Below are positions 39,534 through 49,140 of a stretch of DNA of 64,000 nucleotides, piece by piece (the stretch's first letter is position 1; each line of letters begins with the position of its first letter). The notes beneath the pieces are model-generated. The model worked only from the letters and a program-made list of their open reading frames with translations. It was not told the origin of the DNA and did not search any database. Origin of the DNA: a bacterium (lineage in GTDB: Bacteria; Patescibacteriota; Minisyncoccia; Phycocordibacterales; UBA918); the NCBI GenBank assembly GCA_043719295.1, contig JAYSUD010000007.1:891-64890 (forward strand), given 5' to 3'. Position numbers and translations under genes: made by a program.

Positions 39534-40382
39534 TTACACAATCTCAATAAAAACAGGCCTCAACTCCTTCCAATGCTCTTTATCCATACTCAACACTGAA
39601 AACATTCCTTCATCGAGAAGACCAATGCCACGTATCTTTATGGTCTCATCTTTAAAAACAGCTTCGACATAGCAGACGTGCCCTCTATCCTCAACAACAT
39701 ACTCCATGATACTGCCAATTTTTGGAATGATGCCGATATGGATTCCTTCTTTTCCACGCAATATTTTTTGCCATGAACCTCCCACACGTCCATATGTAGT
39801 TGGCCAAGAAATATGAACATTTTTTCGATACAATGTATACAGTACATATTCAACGTCACACAATGGCAATGTTGCAACAGCTGCGTTAAATGCATCTGTA
39901 ATACACAGGCGAAGTTTTATTGTCTCAACATCATCAGCCTCATATACCTGACCTTCTACAAGAGATGGAAAAACATCAGAAAGTTGTTCACGGAGCATAT
40001 CTTTTAAAATCCATCCTTCTGTATTCCCCATTTTGACATGCGCCCACCGTCCACCAAACTTAATGACCAAGACAATGTCACCATAGGTAAGCTTAGCTAC
40101 AACTGAGTCAAATGCAATGACGGGGTCAAGATACAACGCAGCTTCAGGTTCTCCAACAAAATACGCAAGACCAGGCGATAGACTTATATCACTTTCATTT
40201 TGGCCTAGAGATACAGTTTCACTATTTACTTGCCCATGAAGCGGTAATAATAATTGAGGAGATGGTATGTGTCTATCTTCATAAGAAGAAACGGAGTTTC
40301 GAATATCTTCAAAAAAGACACCGAAAACTGCCGTGCGAGCAAACTTCCATAAATCATCCAAAACTGCCATGAGTACCTGCAT
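39534..40382 (-). CDS. Hypothetical protein with SH3-like and CHAP-like segments
   Basis: GRWAHVK...EGWI (SH3b-like) and GHVCYVEAV (CHAP-like). Confidence 0.55.
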   Translation of the reverse strand: MQVLMAVLDDLWKFARTAVFGVFFEDIRNSVSSYEDRHIPSPQLLLPLHGQVNSETVSLGQNESDISLSPGLAYFVGEPEAALYLDPVIAFDSVVAKLTYGDIVLVIKFGGRWAHVKMGNTEGWILKDMLREQLSDVFPSLVEGQVYEADDVETIKLRLCITDAFNAAVATLPLCDVEYVLYTLYRKNVHISWPTTYGRVGGSWQKILRGKEGIHIGIIPKIGSIMEYVVEDRGHVCYVEAVFKDETIKIRGIGLLDEGMFSVLSMDKEHWKELRPVFIEIV

Positions 40383-40417
40383 ATATACAGTATACCACTT
40401 ATATTGCGAAGAGAATC

Positions 40418-41209
40418 TTAATACCCTCGTCTATATACTTCTGGAGGTAGTTGACTGATAAACGGGTTATAATCCCACAAAAAACGATAATCTTCCATAT
40501 TGATACTTGTTTTCTCTTTCCAAAAATCTGTGACAAATTGATTTGAGCTTTTCTGCAAAGAATAGAACTCTTCATTTATAGCACCCTCAGTTCCAATTTC
40601 GGTTGTAAACAATGGAATAGCATACGCTTTCCCAGCGTTGTACAGTAGGGCATCTGCAACTGCACGAGGTTTAATATGCTGATCTATTTTAAATTTTTTG
40701 CCATCACCGTGTAAGTTCAACAACTTTTCCGCATACTTCCGACGCATCATGTAACATGCAGTTGAAAAATCGTTAATGAAACGAACATGCAAGTCTAAAT
40801 GCATGCATACTGGATTATTTACAATAAGTTGCACCACATCCCAATCGTATGGTAAATGCGTTTCGAAGAAATCCCAAGTGAATTTCCAATGTTTAATCAT
40901 CTCAAAACTTACATCATCTTCGCAAACAAGTATTCGATCGTGATCAGTTTCGTAAATAAAATGATTAAGTAAATTGAGATGAGACAAAGTACACCCCACT
41001 TCAGATGGAGACAAATCTTTTGGATACGATCCTGAGATATATTCGCTCAAATCAGAATCTTTTCCATCAAAACCCACAATTCTTGTTACGTTTGTAATAG
41101 CAGTTTCATAGCACTGTTGCTCGAACCTCTCCTTTCGTGCACTCTGTCTATCAAGATTTATATAATAGAGATGTGGAAAATTTTTTAATATATCTTTATT
41201 TGAAAACAT
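40418..41209 (-). CDS. Glycosyltransferase family 25
   Basis: YYINLDRQSARKE, EVGCTLSH, CEDD. Confidence 0.85.
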   Translation of the reverse strand: MFSNKDILKNFPHLYYINLDRQSARKERFEQQCYETAITNVTRIVGFDGKDSDLSEYISGSYPKDLSPSEVGCTLSHLNLLNHFIYETDHDRILVCEDDVSFEMIKHWKFTWDFFETHLPYDWDVVQLIVNNPVCMHLDLHVRFINDFSTACYMMRRKYAEKLLNLHGDGKKFKIDQHIKPRAVADALLYNAGKAYAIPLFTTEIGTEGAINEEFYSLQKSSNQFVTDFWKEKTSINMEDYRFLWDYNPFISQLPPEVYRRGY

Positions 41210-41221
41210 GCGGGTATATAT

Positions 41222-41890
41222 TTACTTACTTTTAGGCCAAATTGCATTTGAATTTAAGTATACAATGCTTAACGGATGCAAACTACAGTCGTGCTTATTG
41301 GCTTTGCACACATGGCGCCCATAATGAACTAAGCGATGATTAAAGCCCCACCACGAAGACAGGGGGAGAATTTGCATCAAGTCTTTTTCAATACGCACTG
41401 GATCTGTATAGTCAGATAAGTCAAACCGAATCGCAAATCGTCGTACATGGGTGTCAACAGCAATACCGAGCTGTTTACCAAAAATAACTGACAAAATAAC
41501 GTTTGCAGTTTTACGAGCAACTCCCGGAATCGTGAGAAGTTCTTCCATTGTTTCTGGTAACGCACCTCCAAAGTCATTACGTACCTTTAATGCAGCACCA
41601 ATAATATTTTTTGCTTTATTCCTATAAAAGCCGCACGAGAATACATCTTTTTCCATCTCTTTTTGTGTGGCATCACAATAGTCAGTAATTGTTATATATT
41701 TTTTAAATAGATTTTCCGTTACCACATTTACACGGAGATCAGTACACTGTGCTGAAAGAATGACCGCAACAAGACATTCAAATTCATTTGAGAAGTTGAG
41801 TTCGATTTTTGCATCCGGGTATAAAGACTCTAAGATATGAGCCATCTCTAACGCACGTTTGGTTCGGATATTGCGTTTACGTGCATTCAT
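41222..41890 (-). CDS. nth: Endonuclease III
   Basis: LVAVILSAQCTD.RVN, GFYRNKAKNI, IPGVARKTANV, AVDTHV. Confidence 0.93.
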   Translation of the reverse strand: MNARKRNIRTKRALEMAHILESLYPDAKIELNFSNEFECLVAVILSAQCTDLRVNVVTENLFKKYITITDYCDATQKEMEKDVFSCGFYRNKAKNIIGAALKVRNDFGGALPETMEELLTIPGVARKTANVILSVIFGKQLGIAVDTHVRRFAIRFDLSDYTDPVRIEKDLMQILPLSSWWGFNHRLVHYGRHVCKANKHDCSLHPLSIVYLNSNAIWPKSK

Positions 41891-43008
41891 TAGAATTTGT
41901 TATAGAAAGAAAGTACAACTCCTCCCATTGATACAAATACTAATCCAACGAATACAAGAGGGCCAAGTATAGGTACAAAAAGCACCCCGTGCATCGCAAG
42001 TGTTCCAAGTGCAAGCCATACAAGCGTTACTTCTTTACCACGAGTAAGCCACAGACGTAGGTATGAGCCAAAAACTGCACCACAAAGTCCAATACCAAGT
42101 GTATACATAACAATACTAAAACCGAAAAGCAAAACACCAACAAGTGATCCAAGAACCGTTGCAAGCAAGATAATTCCAACTACCGGTGCTAAAATGGCAA
42201 CAGAGATTCCCACAACAGAACTCTTAAGTGGAGCTGTGTGTATAAGTAATACAATTTGCTGTAACCGACGTTTGAAAAAAAGATATATAACCAGTGTCGC
42301 AAAAAGTGTTATAAAAACAGGAATAAGACCCGATCTGAATTTTTCTTGAGCTGTCATTGTGGTACCGCCAAATTCACTTTTTGTCACTTCACCTCCAATA
42401 CTCGCATTTTGAGCACGCACTATAGTTTCAGGACTTGCATAGCGTACAAAGCCTCCAACTTTTGCTTTGTCTCCAAGTGTAATTGCGGTAGAAGATTTCA
42501 CATCAATATTTTTCCCGACTTCCGCATCAACACGAAGTGTTTTTGCTGTACCTAATATTGAACCTTTAACTGTACCCTCAATTTGTGCAGTACCTCCATA
42601 AAAAATTACATCACCATCAACGACCACATTTGAGAGAATGTTGAGCGTGCCTCCAATAACAAACACATCACCCGTCACATGCTCTGCGATAGTTACTTCC
42701 CCCGCCACAATCCGCACATCATCTGATACTTTTGCATGCACCTGGGCTGAACCTCCTAGAATTGATAAGTCTTTACCAATTGTTCCATTTACTGTTACTA
42801 TGCCCCCAACAGCGTACATATCTTCAGTTACTGTCCCTGACATAGTTGTCTTACCTCCAAAACCTGAAGAAACATAGTAGTCACCATTAACGATCTGATC
42901 TGCATCAATTGAGATATCGTCGCCAATACGCACCACAGTCTCAGCTGACGCCAAAAACGGCATGCACAAAAGAATAGCCCCAACTGAAAAAATACCAATA
43001 TGTTTCAT
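41890..43008 (-). CDS. Membrane protein with beta-helix (bactofilin-like) repeats
   Basis: Signal peptide, repeated V.GD/GG.V motifs, C-terminal TMs. Confidence 0.75.
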   Translation of the reverse strand: MKHIGIFSVGAILLCMPFLASAETVVRIGDDISIDADQIVNGDYYVSSGFGGKTTMSGTVTEDMYAVGGIVTVNGTIGKDLSILGGSAQVHAKVSDDVRIVAGEVTIAEHVTGDVFVIGGTLNILSNVVVDGDVIFYGGTAQIEGTVKGSILGTAKTLRVDAEVGKNIDVKSSTAITLGDKAKVGGFVRYASPETIVRAQNASIGGEVTKSEFGGTTMTAQEKFRSGLIPVFITLFATLVIYLFFKRRLQQIVLLIHTAPLKSSVVGISVAILAPVVGIILLATVLGSLVGVLLFGFSIVMYTLGIGLCGAVFGSYLRLWLTRGKEVTLVWLALGTLAMHGVLFVPILGPLVFVGLVFVSMGGVVLSFYNKF

Positions 43009-43094
43009 AATAGGCTCAATTGTGCTCTTTTTTTGACCTCTTGTCCACCACTTAGTCAAATAATGATGAATTATATTTTCATAGAATTATTAGC

Positions 43095-43251
43095 AGAATC
43101 AACAGAACGAGTGCAATTCGAGGTTAAATAGTGACTTAATGTCACTATTTAAAAGGTTGTCGATATTTTGTTAAAAATATCATACAACCTTAACCGTTCA
43201 TGTAATGAAGAAAAGAAACATGAAAAGAAGTGTGCCGTTATGTGGATTCTA
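43095..43251 (+). repeat. Structured palindromic element E6 (with module variant)
   Basis: AGAATCAACAGAACG / CGTTATGTGGATTCT; AGTGCAATTCGAGG; GAAGTGTGCC. Confidence 0.85.
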
Positions 43252-43422
43252 TTTTACAACGTATTCTACAGGTGCCTGCAAAATACTTGCCATCAAAACG
43301 CCGAGTAAAATGAGGAACAGTGCTGCACAAAAAAGTGCAATTTTGGGAAACGAAGGCTCCATCTTGCCCGAATGCCAATTTCGAGAGAAAAGAAATGAGA
43401 ATACAAACTGAAATATTGACAT
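43249..43422 (-). CDS. Small membrane protein (57 aa), not in the ORF track
   Basis: MSIFQFVFSFLFSRNWHSGKMEPSFPKIALFCAALFLILLGVLMASILQAPVEYVVK*; starts 8 nt after the upstream stop; one TM. Confidence 0.7.
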   Translation of the reverse strand: MSIFQFVFSFLFSRNWHSGKMEPSFPKIALFCAALFLILLGVLMASILQAPVEYVVK

Positions 43423-43430
43423 AGTAACTT

Positions 43431-44432
43431 CTATTGTTTAAAAAGTTCTAAACCTCTATTCCACATCTCATCGTGACCCTTAAGATGTAGCCAATACCAC
43501 CACTCGGCACCCCAGAGATACTGCTTTTGATACCGAGTATTTTTTGCATACTCTAAGATGTCATTGAATTTTTCAAGGTCCATACGTGAATACTGTGTTT
43601 CTATATCAACGTTTGTCACTGGCTCCAAAAGCCATGGTTCTGCTGAAAGTTCAATGAGCATTGTTTCCTTTTCACCATAGATGAGTGAAACGATACTTTC
43701 TTTCACTCGATAGAACCAAGGTGGGAGGATTGTTTTAAATTGACCTAGTTCAGGATTCCAGAAATACACATACACTGAAGTGCCAAACGCATCACCATGT
43801 CTATAGGGACCTGCCCATGTTCCTAAATTCCCACTATCGGTTATTAAAAAAGGTCGAGTACTATCAAGCGATCGAAAATGAGCTACCTCTCGTTCAAAAA
43901 AAGCTTCATCAAATTCCCCACAATGTTCTTTTGCAAATACTTCTAAGTAAGGCTCATTTTCAATCTGCCAATATTTTATAGCTTTATTTTCTTTGTATCG
44001 ATTTATAACAACTGTTGCATACTCAAGTGTTTGTTGCTGTCGTTCTTCTTGCGAAAGTTTTTGAGCCCATTCAGGCACATGACACTCAGGCCATCGAGGA
44101 AGTCTTCTCCCTACTGCCAAAACTACATCGGCTCCAACCTCTTCTGCTTTTTTGACTTGATAATCAAGTTCTTTAAAATTATAGACATCGTCTATTGGTT
44201 CAGTCATCGGCCAATGTGCAGCTAGTCGTAAGTGCCGCACTCCTAATTCATCCAAAATCGCATCATAGGTTTCTTTCCAGTCTAAGCCAAGTTCTTCTGC
44301 ATACATTGTATTAAACGACATTCCATATTGTATTTTTTCTGGAACTTCTTTTCGGGCAAGCAGAAAAACTACACAGACTAGCAAAAGAATTATTCCAAGA
44401 ATCCAAAGTAGTGTTTTTTTGAGTTTATTCAT
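43431..44432 (-). CDS. Membrane-anchored clan A glycoside hydrolase (GH5/GH42-like)
   Basis: GRRLPRWPECH.P.W, WQIENEP, ELSAEPW, LWGAEWW. Confidence 0.75.
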   Translation of the reverse strand: MNKLKKTLLWILGIILLLVCVVFLLARKEVPEKIQYGMSFNTMYAEELGLDWKETYDAILDELGVRHLRLAAHWPMTEPIDDVYNFKELDYQVKKAEEVGADVVLAVGRRLPRWPECHVPEWAQKLSQEERQQQTLEYATVVINRYKENKAIKYWQIENEPYLEVFAKEHCGEFDEAFFEREVAHFRSLDSTRPFLITDSGNLGTWAGPYRHGDAFGTSVYVYFWNPELGQFKTILPPWFYRVKESIVSLIYGEKETMLIELSAEPWLLEPVTNVDIETQYSRMDLEKFNDILEYAKNTRYQKQYLWGAEWWYWLHLKGHDEMWNRGLELFKQ

Positions 44433-44453
44433 TAAATTTATTTATTTCATGTA

Positions 44454-44595
44454 TAGGACTTTTGTAAGTGAGTGAGAAGTGATATAAAATCACTTTGCAA
44501 GAGGTTACCTGCTCTTTTGGAAAAAGAGTGATAACCTGAACAGTTTCTGTAAGAAACTAGAGAGACGAAGAAGTGTGCCATTTACGAAAGTCCTA
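44454..44595 (+). repeat. Structured palindromic element E7 (module type); terminal CTA is a TAG stop
   Basis: TAGGACTTTTGTAAGTG / CATTTACGAAAGTCCTA. Confidence 0.9.
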
Positions 44596-45531
44596 AGTAA
44601 ATAGTATCACGAAGCCAACAGTAATAATGGCTATATACACCGACTTCCTCATAATTGTCTTAAAGTCGAATTCATTTTCTCCTGCAGCATGCGGGATAAA
44701 CCGTCCAACAAGGAGACTCAAAAGAATGATAAACGCGAACTTAAGTCCATCAAGTGCCTGCACGACTGCAACATCACCTAAGTCAGTAGCTTTAAGCAAC
44801 ATGAACGCTGCTGCTCCCGCAAGCACTTTTGTAATAAGTACAATCCATCCTGTTTTCTTCGAAGTCTTAGCAGTAGCTGCAGTAATTTCGTCATAGTATG
44901 AAGGTACTAACAAAAGAGAAAGCGCAAAAAGTACAAACCCAATCCGTGACCAGAAGAAACCATCAGCAAAACTCGTTTGCTCGAAAAGTCCTTTCATCAC
45001 GACGTAGTGTAATGCAAAAAAGAGACCACTGTGCACGATATGGAGAATCAGACTCCGATTACCTTTTAATCGCACGTGTGAAAGAAGGAGTGTTCCCAGA
45101 CTTAATAGTCCAATACCCCACAAAAAATGAGGTGCTAGTGGAATGTTAAAGAACAGATACGCCAGCCCAAAAGAAGATATTGCAGAGATGGCACCAATTG
45201 CCGGCATCACGTCTGAAGCATCTTGGTGTTTAAGAGCATCAAACATAGACACGAGTGCCATGAAGAAGGTGTACGCAGCTAAAAACGACATAGCTACCAC
45301 TTGGATAGATGGTTTTTGTACGTCAGCTAAACTTGGAATACCAATTGCATGAAGCCCTGGGATGAACGCAAGTATAAAAATCACCACCCAAAACCCCGTC
45401 ATCAAACATGAATAAAAAGCATACACAAAAGGACGAGGAAGCGCTTTCTCGTCAGAGACAATATATTTATCCAAAATCGCAACAATAGCGTTCAGGAATT
45501 GCCCAGCTGTCGCAAGAATAATCCAGTTCAT
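44593..45531 (-). CDS. EamA/DMT-like membrane transporter
   Basis: About 10 TM in two repeats, G.VAVVQAL. Confidence 0.75.
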   Translation of the reverse strand: MNWIILATAGQFLNAIVAILDKYIVSDEKALPRPFVYAFYSCLMTGFWVVIFILAFIPGLHAIGIPSLADVQKPSIQVVAMSFLAAYTFFMALVSMFDALKHQDASDVMPAIGAISAISSFGLAYLFFNIPLAPHFLWGIGLLSLGTLLLSHVRLKGNRSLILHIVHSGLFFALHYVVMKGLFEQTSFADGFFWSRIGFVLFALSLLLVPSYYDEITAATAKTSKKTGWIVLITKVLAGAAAFMLLKATDLGDVAVVQALDGLKFAFIILLSLLVGRFIPHAAGENEFDFKTIMRKSVYIAIITVGFVILFT

Positions 45532-45662
45532 GAAAGTCTCTTAAGTATCTCATTATTTGATTGAAATAACCCCAAACCTATCCCCAAAGATTAGTATTAA
45601 AAAAATTAACCGGCAACTTGTTCAGTTGCCGGTCATACATTCCTCCAAAAAAAGTTTTGTGA

Positions 45663-46043
45663 TTATGAATTCTTGAGCACGATCTCAGTTATTCCAAACC
45701 CAAGATCATGACCCTTAAATGCCATTCCATGATTTTTCATCATGAAGTCGCGCATGAGGTCCATAAGTGTTTCTTTTTCTTGAAGTTTGGGATCAAAATC
45801 ATAAAATCCTTCAATAACTCCAACAAAGCAGATTCCCAATTCCCGCGCCGCAGTACCGCGAACCATGACGCTGGTAAACTTCAGTCGACTATTGAAAGTT
45901 TCGACCATCATCCGTGCGGTCACGACAAGCTCTGCCGCAGATGTGTGACAAGGTTTGTCAGTATCACTGGAAAACTTCCAAGCTCCAGCTACCTGATTCG
46001 ACTGCTCAATGCTTTGTCCTGTCAAAGTGTACTTACCACTCAT
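45663..46043 (-). CDS. Orphan hypothetical protein (stand-alone, SD-led)
   Basis: 126 aa, GGAG SD, TTGACA-N16-TAGAAT at 46130-46103, hairpin ACCGGCAAC...GTTGCCGGT at 45609-45633. Confidence 0.7.
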   Translation of the reverse strand: MSGKYTLTGQSIEQSNQVAGAWKFSSDTDKPCHTSAAELVVTARMMVETFNSRLKFTSVMVRGTAARELGICFVGVIEGFYDFDPKLQEKETLMDLMRDFMMKNHGMAFKGHDLGFGITEIVLKNS

Positions 46044-46245
46044 CGAAATTTCTCCACTTTAGGTTGAGGGTGAATGTAGCATGTTGAAGCAGCTACAGTA
46101 ATATTCTACATATATTTATGCTTTTGTCAATATATTGAGGTAATGTGAAAGAACCTTTGGGGATGTCCTCAAATAATCTCAAGCAAACCAGGTTTTTCCA
46201 AATTGTACGATATATCGTACTATTTTGAAATTACAATAATTATTT

Positions 46246-47469
46246 TTAACTACACTCTTCTATAATCTCTTTGTATCGCAGTGCTGAAGGGCGGATAGTT
46301 CGTTCTAAGGTATCGTAATTGATTGCTATGAGGCCAAAACGTTTTTCAAAGCCTAGTGCCCATTCGTAGTTATCAAGAAGTGACCAGTACATGTGTCCAC
46401 GTACGTCGATTCCTTCCTGCATTGCCTCATAGACAGACTCAACTTGCTTTTCAATGTATGCTGCACGATGTACATCTTTCTCATCTGCAATCCCCGCTTC
46501 AGCAACGAACAAAGGACGTTTGTATTTCCAAAGTAAATGAAGAGAACCTTTTATTCCTTCAGGGTATATGTCCCAGTCCATATCAGTTTTTTTATACACT
46601 TCGGTATCTCCAAACTTTTTATGAAAGTAGTAGTTAAGTCCAATTGAATCACATTTTCTGTAGGTACGCTTCATGAAGATATCAGTCCAACAGTAATTAG
46701 CAATTTTAGCTTTAAGCTGATTCAAAGGATTCCAGTTTGCATGAAAATAAATGACGTGTTTAACCACACTCACGTCCATTGTGGGGTCAGCTTTTTTGAT
46801 TGCGTCGTACGCTTTGTTGTGAGCATCTGCAAGATTCTTCATTACACGCAAGTAGAGGAAGAGTGGTTTGATTCCCTTCTCTGCCTTAGATTCATATGAT
46901 CGCCCTGAATTGGTGATGGAAACTATGTCCGTAAGCGCAAACCTTTTAAAAGGTGGCCAACTTCCCCGAAGCCATCCATTACTTCCAAATACATTTGGTT
47001 CGTTCATGGTTGAAATGCCTTCTAGATCACTCCCTAGTTTTTCTGCTACATACTGTGCATACCGTGCAAAAATCTGCGGTGAATCTTTTCGTTCAAATCC
47101 CCCACTTTCAGAAAACCACAACGGGAGCGTAAAGTGCCATAAAGTGGTGTAAGGTTTTAAACCTCGCGCTTTTAGTGCTTGAATTACTTTTCGGTAGTGC
47201 TCTATTTCACGCTCATCAAACTTCCCTTCTTCTGGCTCAATCCGTGCCCATTCAAGAGAAAAGCGATGTGCATTATGCCCAAGGCCTTGTGCTAAATCAA
47301 AATCAGCTTCATACCGATTATAGTGATCACACGCTCTTCCACAATGTGGCACACGTCCTTCACGCGCAGCTTTTGCCCAGTCAGTGTTTTCAATCCCTCC
47401 CTCAACTTGAAACGACGCTGCTGAAGCCCCCCATAAAAAACCTTCCGGAAACTGCATATCTTTTTTCAT
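46246..47469 (-). CDS. Glycoside hydrolase family 1 (beta-glucosidase-like)
   Basis: FPEGFLWG...FQVEG, RFSLEWARIEP, TMNEP, WSLLDNYEW. Confidence 0.93.
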   Translation of the reverse strand: MKKDMQFPEGFLWGASAASFQVEGGIENTDWAKAAREGRVPHCGRACDHYNRYEADFDLAQGLGHNAHRFSLEWARIEPEEGKFDEREIEHYRKVIQALKARGLKPYTTLWHFTLPLWFSESGGFERKDSPQIFARYAQYVAEKLGSDLEGISTMNEPNVFGSNGWLRGSWPPFKRFALTDIVSITNSGRSYESKAEKGIKPLFLYLRVMKNLADAHNKAYDAIKKADPTMDVSVVKHVIYFHANWNPLNQLKAKIANYCWTDIFMKRTYRKCDSIGLNYYFHKKFGDTEVYKKTDMDWDIYPEGIKGSLHLLWKYKRPLFVAEAGIADEKDVHRAAYIEKQVESVYEAMQEGIDVRGHMYWSLLDNYEWALGFEKRFGLIAINYDTLERTIRPSALRYKEIIEECS

Positions 47470-47486
47470 ATCAAAAGTATAACAGA

Positions 47487-47984
47487 CTACAAAAGTGGTA
47501 CCTTTGCATACTTGCCTGCCTGCCCCATACTACCGTGTCCGACCGTATGTAATTCAACTTGAGTGCCATCTTTGAGGACGCCGAAAAACTGTACTGAACC
47601 AGGGTTTGTTAAGAGTCGCACTGGACCCTTAAGTTTAATTTGTGAGAGACCAATGACATCACTCGCAATCCATCCAACATGCCAATGCGAGGATACAGTT
47701 TGTACTGGTTCAAGTACTATAAAATTTTTCCATCCACCGAAAATTGGCATGTGAAAAACTGGAATTGGACCAAACCAGCGACGAATTGCACGAGGATTAC
47801 CAGCAACGGTAACTAATAACTTTGGATTAATATCTTCTACCTCAGAGACAACTAATTTCTGATTATTCCAAAAATGAGTCTGTTGTGGAGCTTCACGTAT
47901 GTTCCACTGCAAAAAGTACATAACCGGGATCATTAAGACATCTGCAATTTTACTTATTAAACTTTGATGTTTAATGTTAATCAT
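47487..47984 (-). CDS. Hypothetical protein
   Basis: 165 aa ORF co-oriented with neighbours. Confidence 0.6.
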   Translation of the reverse strand: MINIKHQSLISKIADVLMIPVMYFLQWNIREAPQQTHFWNNQKLVVSEVEDINPKLLVTVAGNPRAIRRWFGPIPVFHMPIFGGWKNFIVLEPVQTVSSHWHVGWIASDVIGLSQIKLKGPVRLLTNPGSVQFFGVLKDGTQVELHTVGHGSMGQAGKYAKVPLL

Positions 47985-48018
47985 AGTTTTAATAGAAATG
48001 AACAACATCGTAAGTCGT

Positions 48019-48381
48019 TCATGATTGTTCGTTTCTGATTCTCACAAAAAAGAATTCACTGGTGACATCACCTGATGCTTCGATTTTATGCTCTAAGTTT
48101 GCAGGATTATAAATAAAATCTCCGGCAACATAGTCAAACCGCTCACCAGTACTGTATTCAATAAACCCCTTACCTGTGGTAACAATCCAAAATTCATCAA
48201 TTTCAATATGCTGATGCCAATTGAATACACTTCCTAGTTCTAGATACCCTTTCGTGACTGCTTCGATATTTGGAGAAATATCATCTGCACTACTGATAAG
48301 TAACTTTCGAGAGCCACTACCAGCATGAGCTTGCTCAGTTGCAATATTTTCAATAACCTTTTTAAACGGTTTTCGTTGCAT
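48019..48381 (-). CDS. Cupin domain protein
   Basis: WHQH...DEFW....GKG, GD..Y.P....H. Confidence 0.85.
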   Translation of the reverse strand: MQRKPFKKVIENIATEQAHAGSGSRKLLISSADDISPNIEAVTKGYLELGSVFNWHQHIEIDEFWIVTTGKGFIEYSTGERFDYVAGDFIYNPANLEHKIEASGDVTSEFFFVRIRNEQS

Positions 48382-48402
48382 ATGTCTATACTACCACCAA
48401 AA

Positions 48403-49137
48403 CTAGAAGTCTATCTCCCTTTCTTTAAACGATACTGGAGCTAGGTACATGAGCCATTTTTCGTATAACGCTGTAGTTGCGGTTACATCCCTTGCATTAT
48501 AACGAGCAATGTCGTGGAACTTTTTTTCTTTGAACAATAAAGCGACATCGTCTCCTGAAATCCCTTCACTTTTAGGACTTAGAATCCCGTATGCTCTACA
48601 AAATAAGTGAAGCGAGGGTTTTTTAAACATTGCTCCGTAAAATGTTAGTTGGTCTTGCAAGTCAACGTGATGCACTCCTTTCTGTTGATACAAATACCTC
48701 CCTTCTATCAAATCACAGGTTGGCATCACGCCCTGTACAACACTGCGGTGTAATAAAAATGGTACATCAAATGATCTCCCATTAAACGTCACGAACGTAT
48801 CGTAACTTTTTGCACCTTCCCAAAAATCCTCAAGCATCTCCTTTTCTGTTCGTTGTTTAAGCACATATCCACCAACTTCTTCATCAGACTCTCTACCTTC
48901 ACCTGTGTAATATACCGCACCTTGTTTTCGCTCAAGGTCATACACACCAATAGCAACAATCTTTCCAGTAAGGGGTGAGAACCCTAACCCTTCTTTTAAG
49001 TCTGTAAGCTGTGATTCTTCTTCAGTTTTGGTTTTTGTTGTTTTATGTATCCATCGTGAAAGCACCTCTTGTGTATTGGTATCCATAGTTTCCCAAGACT
49101 CTCCGATTGTTTCAATATCAAAGATCAAAGTTGCCAT
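48403..49137 (-). CDS. PolB-like 3'-5' exonuclease (RNase H-like, DEDD)
   Basis: FDIET, VTFNGRSFDVPFL, YNARDV. Confidence 0.88.
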   Translation of the reverse strand: MATLIFDIETIGESWETMDTNTQEVLSRWIHKTTKTKTEEESQLTDLKEGLGFSPLTGKIVAIGVYDLERKQGAVYYTGEGRESDEEVGGYVLKQRTEKEMLEDFWEGAKSYDTFVTFNGRSFDVPFLLHRSVVQGVMPTCDLIEGRYLYQQKGVHHVDLQDQLTFYGAMFKKPSLHLFCRAYGILSPKSEGISGDDVALLFKEKKFHDIARYNARDVTATTALYEKWLMYLAPVSFKEREIDF

Positions 49138-49140
49138 ATT

